A stretch of DNA of 64,000 nt, from positions 576,001-640,000 of the forward strand of contig CAWGMQ010000008.1 of the NCBI GenBank assembly GCA_963823665.1, given 5' to 3'. The translations under genes were made by a program, and so were the position numbers. The notes below the pieces were generated by a model. The model saw only the letters and a list, made by a program, of their open reading frames with translations. It made no database searches and was not told the origin of the DNA. Positions within the stretch are counted from its first letter, which is position 1, and each line of letters starts with the position of its first letter. Positions 57,666 through 64,000 of this stretch are shown here, piece after piece. This stretch comes from an uncultured Planctomycetota bacterium. Its GTDB lineage: Bacteria > Planctomycetota > Planctomycetia > Isosphaerales > Isosphaeraceae.

Positions 57666-58820
57666 ATGTCGATCGTGAACCAAACACGCGCCGAGGGACA
57701 CGAAGAGTCTGAGCTTCGCGACCTACCGCTCGACTACATCTCGGTCAAGGGATTTCGAAGCATCAAGTCGATAGAGAAGCTCGCTTTGCGCCCCCTAAAT
57801 GTCCTGATTGGTGCGAACGGATCAGGGAAGTCGAACCTGTTGGAGGTCTTTCGTTTCTTGAAGGAGTTACGCAGCGGCAATCTTGTTCAGTACGCCGACG
57901 CCAACGGAGGCGCGTCCAAAGTACTGCACTTTGGGTCGAAGGTGACGCAGCAAATCGAGCTCGAAATCTCGTTTCGCGACGAAAAAAACGGGTATCACGT
58001 GGAGTTATCACCCACTTCGGAAGATCGATTTTATACGCATGATGAGTGGTGCTGGTTTTGGGACAAGGCTCGTCCGAGTCCATTTACGGCGCCTCTGACA
58101 GGAGACGGAAAGGAAGCCGGGATCAGTCAGCCGCAGCAAAGGACTGCGAATTGGGTACAACTACGATTGTCCAGTTGGTCGATTTTCCACTTTCACGATA
58201 CGAGCGCGAGCTCCCCGATGAAAGCGACCGGGGATCTGGACGACAATCGCCTTTTTCGGACCAACGCTGCGAATCTGGCCGGGTACCTTTCGTTCCTGTC
58301 GAAGCAGCATCCCGCGGAATATCAATTGATTTTGAAAACCGTGCAACTTGTGGCGCCGTTCGTTCGTGACTTCCATTTGGAACCGCTTCGCCGGAACCCC
58401 AAGATGATCAGACTGGAGTGGAATCACAAATCTTCGGACAATTATTTTGACGCATCGGCGCTTTCCGATGGCACTTTACGCTTCATCTGTCTGTGCACGC
58501 TGTTTCTGCAACCCCCGGCATACAGACCTTCCGTGATCCTGGTCGACGAACCGGAGCTGGGCTTGCACCCGTATGCCATCACTATGCTCGCGAATCTCAT
58601 CAAAAGCGCGTCGACGAAGACGCAAATCGTTGTGTCGACGCAGTCGGCATTGCTCTTGGATCACTTCGAGCCGGAGGACGTGCTCGTGGCGCAGCTTCAA
58701 GATGGCGCGACGATCATCAACCGTTTAGAGTCACAGAACCTGGCGCAGTGGCTCGACGAATACAGCTTGGGCCAGCTTTGGGAGAAAAACGAGTTCGGCG
58801 GGAGACCGGCACGTGCTTAG
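57666..58820 (+). CDS. AAA_21/SMC-like ABC ATPase
   Basis: GFRSI, GANGSGKS, LSDGTLR, DEPELGLHP, STQS; start codon uncertain (57648 or 57666). Confidence 0.9.
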   Translation: MSIVNQTRAEGHEESELRDLPLDYISVKGFRSIKSIEKLALRPLNVLIGANGSGKSNLLEVFRFLKELRSGNLVQYADANGGASKVLHFGSKVTQQIELEISFRDEKNGYHVELSPTSEDRFYTHDEWCWFWDKARPSPFTAPLTGDGKEAGISQPQQRTANWVQLRLSSWSIFHFHDTSASSPMKATGDLDDNRLFRTNAANLAGYLSFLSKQHPAEYQLILKTVQLVAPFVRDFHLEPLRRNPKMIRLEWNHKSSDNYFDASALSDGTLRFICLCTLFLQPPAYRPSVILVDEPELGLHPYAITMLANLIKSASTKTQIVVSTQSALLLDHFEPEDVLVAQLQDGATIINRLESQNLAQWLDEYSLGQLWEKNEFGGRPARA

Positions 58821-59502
58821 GCTCCTCATCCTCGTCGAAGGCGAAACCGAGGAGACATTCGTCAACGAGGTTCTTGCCCCGTACTTGTTTTCGCGAGGAT
58901 TTTCGAGAGTCGACGCCAGAATCATGGGCAATGCCCGTTTGCGCAGTAAGCGCGGCGGTGTACGCGGCTGGCCCGAGGTCCGTTCAGAAATCCTCCGCCA
59001 CTTGAGGTCGGACGATCACATTTATGTCACAACACTCGTCGATTCTTATGGTATGCCGGGTGACCAAAGAAGGGCTCATTCCTGGCCGGGCCGACAGGAA
59101 GCAGCCGTTCTGCCATTCCAGGAGAAGGGCAACCACGTCGAGTCGGCTCTGGTGGTGGAAATTGACAAAGAGCTACGGGACACACGTCGTTTTATCCCTT
59201 TGGTTGTAATGCACGAATTTGAAGCTATCCTCTTCAGTGACTGCGAGAGATTTGCGGCTGCAATCGGGCGAACCGATCTTCGGGCGAAACTGTTGAGAAT
59301 TCGCACTGCGTTCGCGTCACCCGAAGAGATCAACGATTCGCAGGACACGCATCCCTCGCAGCGCATCATCGACTTGATCCCCGAGTACCGCAAACCAATT
59401 CACGGCAACGTCGCGGCTATTGAGATCGGTCTCGAGACGATCTGTCGCGAGTGTGCGCATTTTCGTCAATGGATCGAGCGGCTGGAGTCGCTGCGCCCGT
59501 AA
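58813..59502 (+). CDS. DUF4276 family (TOPRIM-like) protein
   Basis: LILVEGETEETFV..VLAP, TTLVDSYG, HEFEAILFSD, PEEIND, PSQRI, C.HF..W; overlaps the ATPase stop. Confidence 0.85.
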   Translation: MLRLLILVEGETEETFVNEVLAPYLFSRGFSRVDARIMGNARLRSKRGGVRGWPEVRSEILRHLRSDDHIYVTTLVDSYGMPGDQRRAHSWPGRQEAAVLPFQEKGNHVESALVVEIDKELRDTRRFIPLVVMHEFEAILFSDCERFAAAIGRTDLRAKLLRIRTAFASPEEINDSQDTHPSQRIIDLIPEYRKPIHGNVAAIEIGLETICRECAHFRQWIERLESLRP

Positions 59503-59663
59503 CGCCGTCTGCTGGCCGGTCAAAGGCCGTGGCCAGCTCGAGGCGTGTTGTGCGGCGGCTCTAAATGGCGTTGCCCGCTTCTCGGATGAACCGCCTGAAT
59601 TCCGAGGCATACGCGCTCGCCGCTCGGCAGAAGCCTCGCCCGCTCGGAATTGCGAAGATCCAT

Positions 59664-60954
59664 TTAATCCGGTAGTTCCTTGCCCTGCGTCTCCGGTGCA
59701 AACCACAGAATCGCCAGCCCGACCCAGAATAATCCCGACATCGCAACGACGGCCCAGCGCAGGCCGATTGCTGTGCCGATTGTGCCGCGGATGAGCAGAA
59801 TCACGGCGCCGAAGACTCTGCCCAGGTTGAAGCAGGCGCTCGAGCCGGTGGCACGGAGCCTCCGTGGGAAGAGCTCGGGGAAATAGATCGCGTAACCGGC
59901 GTGCATTCCGAGCACGAAGAAGGCCATGACGGGCAAGAACCAGAGGGCCTGCACATAGGTGGTCACGCCGAGGAAGCAGGCCGGCGCCGTCACCGCGGCG
60001 CCGATGTGGTACACGGCGAACGCGAAGCGGCGGCCGCGCCAGGACGCGATGGGTGCGAAAGCCAGGAGGCCGAGCAATCCGCCGGTGAAATTCATCAGCA
60101 AATACGCGCGGCTTCCCATCTGCTGGCGACGGGCTTCGGAATGGCTTGCGCCAGGATCGTGCCGGCGAGCTCGGGGCTCCAGGCGAATATTCCCCAGAAC
60201 GTTGCCAGACCGATGGTGGCGAGGCCCAGACCCACAAACGCCCGCGATCGCCACGGCCCGGGGCCGAAAAGCTCGCGGAGCTCGGCGGGCGGGCGCGCAA
60301 TTCGAAACCGTGGTGGAGGATTTCACGTCGCCGCCTGGTCCAGGCCGAGTTTCGCGGATTCCGACGCGGATCCACAGCACCAAGAGCGGCAGGCAGCAGG
60401 CCCAAGAGGAAGCCCCATCGCCACGAGCCGGGGCTCTGGAACAGCATTCCGGTTATTGACGCCAGGCCCGTGCCGATGACGCTCGACGCATGAAAAACAC
60501 CGGCGGCTCTGGCGCGCGAATGCGACGGAAACGTCTCGGCCACGAGCGCTGCGGCGATCGCCCATTCACCGCCGGTGCCGAGCGCTACCAGGAACCGGAG
60601 CAGGTGCACCTGAAGTGTTGACTGTGCAAATGCGGTCAGCGACGAAAACACCGAGTAGATCAGGATGGTGAGGGCCATCATCCGGGCCCGGCCGAAGCGG
60701 TCGGACAGCACGGCAAAGAACAAGCCGCCCGCCGCGCCTCCCAGCAAGAAAACCGCGAAGCCGAGGTTTCCCTGCCAGTCGACGGCCGATCGATCGCCGG
60801 CGGAGAGCTCGGTGAACATCGGCGTCTTGAAGATCGTGAAGAGCTGGCCTTCGTAGACGTCGAATACCCAACCGGCGGAGGCGACGGCGAGAACCATGAG
60901 CGGGGCGGAACGGGGCCGGGGCTCAATTCGCGGAAGTTCGTCGTTCCTCGCCAT
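59664..60954 (-). CDS. MFS transporter (frameshifts near 60140-60390)
   Basis: GWVFDVYE, LSDRFGR, GTGGEW, ETFP, YFPELFPRRLRATG, APET.G. Confidence 0.9.
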
Positions 60955-60963
60955 GGGCCGATC

Positions 60964-62490
60964 TCACAACTCGTCAGACAAGCCCGCGCTGGCGATGCGA
61001 GGGGGCGCCGCGACGCTTCTACCGCGCCCCAAGATCGAATGCCTTCGCCCGTAACCAAAGTAGATCAACAGCCCCAGCACGAGCCACACGGCGAGGCGAA
61101 TCCAGTTGTCGCGCCCGAGGTGGAACATCATGTATCCGTTGACCAGAATGCCCATCGCCGAAACGAAATGGATGAAGGGCGCGCGGAACGGACGCGGGGT
61201 GGCTGGATCGGTCTGCCGCAAGATCCAAACGGCGCCGGAGACGATCACGAATGCGAACAGGGTGCCGATGCTCACGAGCTCGGCCAGGAAGCCCAGAGGT
61301 GCAAGAGCGGCCGCCGCGCCCACGCCCACGCCGACCAGAATGGTCGACTTCCAGGGCGTTTTGAACCGCGGATGCACCGCAGCGAAGATTCCCTGCGGGA
61401 GCAGCCCATCGCGCGCCATGGCCAGCAGGATGCGCGGCTGGCTCAGATTGCCGACCAGGAGCGAACTGGTCATGCCGGCAAGGATCCCGACAGTGATCAA
61501 GCCGCTCGCCACGGTCAGGTTCTTGGATTGAAAGGCCGAAGCCAGCGGCGCATCCTTGTCGATCAGGCGATAGGGAACCATTCCGGTCAGCACGACCGCA
61601 ACCGCCACGTACAAGATCGTGCAGATCGCGAGTGCACCGAGGATGCCGAGCGCCAGATCGCGCTGCGGATGTCGCGCCTCTTCCGCGTGAGTTGATATCG
61701 AGTCAAATCCAATGTAAGCAAAGAATATCCGCCCCGCGCCCTCGGCAACGCCGCGCCATCCTTTTGTCTCGTGCACGAACGGATGCCAGTTCCCCGGATC
61801 GATGTAAGACATCCCGATGCCGACGACGGCGAAAATCACGGCGATGTTCAAGAACACCATCGTCGCATTGAAGCCGGCGCTTTCCTTGATGCCGATGACG
61901 AGGATCACGGTGATCACAGCCGTGATGAAGACCGCGGGCAAATTGAGCCAGGCGTTGCACGTTTCGCCGCCCGGCATGGTTACCGTTTGCCAGAAGAATT
62001 TCCCTTTCTCGAGGCTGTAATCCCAGGGGGCTGAGGTCAGCCGCGGATCAAGACGGATATGCAGCACGTTTCGCAACAGCGAGTCGAGATACTTCGACCA
62101 GCCGGCGGCAACAACACTCGAGCCGATTGCGTATTCCAGGATCAAGTCCCAGCCGATGATCCACGCGACGATCTCGCCCAGGGTCGTGTAGGCGTACGTA
62201 TACGCACTGCCGGCCACCGGCACCATGCTGGCGAGCTCGGAATAACAGAGCGCGGCGAATCCGCAGCCGATGGCTGCCAGCAGGAACGAGAGCACCAGCG
62301 ACGGCCCCGCCGTATCCTTGGCAACCTCGCCGATCAGAACGTATATCCCAGTGCCGATCGTGGCGCCGACACCGAGGCCGGTCAGTGCAAGCGGCCCCAG
62401 CCGCCGATTGAGGCGCTCGCTGGAATTCATCTCGTGGATCAACTGGTCGATATTCTTCCGCCGGAACACGCCGGGCGACTTCAAGCTCAT
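60964..62490 (-). CDS. APC family amino acid permease (cationic amino acid transporter-like)
   Basis: GVGATIGTGIY, CYSELASMVPVAGSAYTY, FFAYIGFD, AMARDGLLP, SIGTLFAF. Confidence 0.95.
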   Translation of the reverse strand: MSLKSPGVFRRKNIDQLIHEMNSSERLNRRLGPLALTGLGVGATIGTGIYVLIGEVAKDTAGPSLVLSFLLAAIGCGFAALCYSELASMVPVAGSAYTYAYTTLGEIVAWIIGWDLILEYAIGSSVVAAGWSKYLDSLLRNVLHIRLDPRLTSAPWDYSLEKGKFFWQTVTMPGGETCNAWLNLPAVFITAVITVILVIGIKESAGFNATMVFLNIAVIFAVVGIGMSYIDPGNWHPFVHETKGWRGVAEGAGRIFFAYIGFDSISTHAEEARHPQRDLALGILGALAICTILYVAVAVVLTGMVPYRLIDKDAPLASAFQSKNLTVASGLITVGILAGMTSSLLVGNLSQPRILLAMARDGLLPQGIFAAVHPRFKTPWKSTILVGVGVGAAAALAPLGFLAELVSIGTLFAFVIVSGAVWILRQTDPATPRPFRAPFIHFVSAMGILVNGYMMFHLGRDNWIRLAVWLVLGLLIYFGYGRRHSILGRGRSVAAPPRIASAGLSDEL

Positions 62491-62766
62491 CCTGTGCATC
62501 CTCGAGGCAAGTTGATCAAGCAAAGCTTGCTGGGGCGCGATGTCCCGCCGGGTACTTACCGGGATCAGCCGAGCAAACAGCCTACGGCAATGAATCGGCG
62601 AACGCAAACCTGCCAAGACGTGAAAGCCCACGGAAATGGCCGTCGCGTTTCAGGAACGAGCGTCTGTCACGATTGCGGGCGATACCATACAATCGTCGCG
62701 TCGCGGACCGCTCGAAAGACCACGTACGCTCCTTGCTGGGCCTTTGAGCCCGGAGGGCGACCTCGG

Positions 62767-63957
62767 ATGATTTCCCCGCAACAACCTTATTCCGGGCGCC
62801 TGCGATCGGTCGACGCCTACCGCGGCTTCGTGATGCTGGCGATGGCCTCCGGAGGCATCGCCACGTTCGGCTGCCTGAGCCTGGCGAGCGGAGGCGAATT
62901 CTCGATCGCGCGGGAACTCGTGATACAGCAGTTTGACCACGTTCCCTGGCGCGGTTGTGTGTTCTGGGACCTGATTCAACCGTCGTTCATGTTCCTGGTC
63001 GGCGTGTCGATGCCCCTTTCCTACAGCCGCCGGCGCGCTCGTGGCGATACCTGGCTGCGGCTTTTCGGTCACGCGCTTAATCGCTCGCTCGTGCTGGTGG
63101 TGCTGGCGGTGTTCCTGGCGTCAAACGGCGGCTCGCGCACCGATTTTTCGTTCACAAACGTCCTGGCACAGATCGGCCTGGGATACTCATTCGCGTTCCT
63201 GGTGCTCGGACGGCCGATGAGTGTGCAGCTCGCCGCGGCGATCGCGATTCTCGTCGCCGACTGGCTGCTGTTCGCGCTTCACCCATTGCCGGGCCCCGGG
63301 TTTCGCCCCGGATTCTACGGCGCCGACGAGCCGTCGCTCCTCATGCGCGGGGTTCTTGCCCACTGGAACAAGAACGCGAACGTCGCCGCGGATTTTGACC
63401 GGTGGCTCCTCAACCTATTTCCGCGGCCGGTTAACCAGCCGTTCCGCTACAATCCCGGCGGATATGCGACTCTCAATTTCATTCCGTCGATCGCCACGAT
63501 GATTTTTGGAGTGCTCGCCGGCGAGCTGCTCATGTCGAGGCCCGGCAAGATCAGCAAACCCCGAATTCTGCTCTTCGCAGGTGTGGTCCTGTGGATGCTC
63601 GGCCATATCCTGGACGCCACTGTCTGCCCGATCGTCAAGCGGCTCTGGACTCCGTCCTGGGTCGTGGCCTCGAGCGCCTGGACGTGCTGGATGCTGGCGG
63701 CCTTTTACTGGGTGATCGAAGTCCGCGGGTACAAACTCTGGGCGATACCCCTTGCCGCCGTGGGTGCCAATTCCATCGCGATTTACGTGATGTATCAGCT
63801 CATGAAGCCGTTCATCGTGGGCTCGATACAAACGCACTGCGGCCGGCAGTTCTTTGGAGGGCCGACTGGACCACTTGTCAGGGGACTCTCCGTTCTCGCC
63901 GTGCTCTGGCTCGTCTGCCTGTGGCTGTACAAGCGGAAGTTCTTTTTCAAGATCTGA
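62767..63957 (+). CDS. DUF5009 / heparan-alpha-glucosaminide N-acetyltransferase-like membrane protein
   Basis: RLRSVDAYRG, HVPW.G..FWDLIQPSFMFLVG, NVLAQIGLGY, PIVKRLWTPSW, GANSI. Confidence 0.88.
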   Translation: MISPQQPYSGRLRSVDAYRGFVMLAMASGGIATFGCLSLASGGEFSIARELVIQQFDHVPWRGCVFWDLIQPSFMFLVGVSMPLSYSRRRARGDTWLRLFGHALNRSLVLVVLAVFLASNGGSRTDFSFTNVLAQIGLGYSFAFLVLGRPMSVQLAAAIAILVADWLLFALHPLPGPGFRPGFYGADEPSLLMRGVLAHWNKNANVAADFDRWLLNLFPRPVNQPFRYNPGGYATLNFIPSIATMIFGVLAGELLMSRPGKISKPRILLFAGVVLWMLGHILDATVCPIVKRLWTPSWVVASSAWTCWMLAAFYWVIEVRGYKLWAIPLAAVGANSIAIYVMYQLMKPFIVGSIQTHCGRQFFGGPTGPLVRGLSVLAVLWLVCLWLYKRKFFFKI

Positions 63958-64000
63958 AGTCCACGATCACCGCTTCTTCAAACGGCTGAGCTCCTTGGCG

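Noticed and set aside
62059..62766. Long N-terminal extension of the DUF5009 protein
   Set aside because: It overlaps the permease antisense; family-like sequence begins at the ATG at 62767. The same reasoning trims ORFs 34404, 45859, 48092 and 48687.

Overview
GC-rich bacterial DNA, very probably from a planctomycete (Isosphaeraceae-like). The inference rests on the DUF1549/DUF1553 + DUF1501 pair, DUF4058, ECF sigma factor/Ser-Thr kinase pairs, a PEP-CTERM protein and a large PKD/dockerin surface protein. Many ordinary genes are split by single-base frameshifts, most simply read as long-read consensus errors, so several CDS calls below join ORF-track fragments. Main content: a giant surface protein, HEAT/TPR/LRR proteins, three Ser/Thr kinases plus a kinase relic, hydrolases and transporters, putA, a complete group II intron (36653-38651) inserted in an inverted-repeat element, an REase-NACHT defence-type gene, an ABC-ATPase/DUF4276 pair, toxin-antitoxin-like modules (two appear to have lost one partner), and several REP-like repeat families. 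The best candidate for something new is the Ro60/TROVE locus. Directly upstream of the gene are two unannotated RNAs that each carry the bulged-C Ro-binding helix. One is a tRNA-shaped RNA with free acceptor ends whose anticodon arm is replaced by a tetraloop-capped Ro-binding stem, i.e. a circular permutation of the YrlA Y RNA layout. The other is a 70-nt minimal Y-like hairpin just before the Ro ribosome-binding site. The whole locus lies between two 71-nt direct repeats. Family assignments come from motif recognition by eye; no database searches were run.
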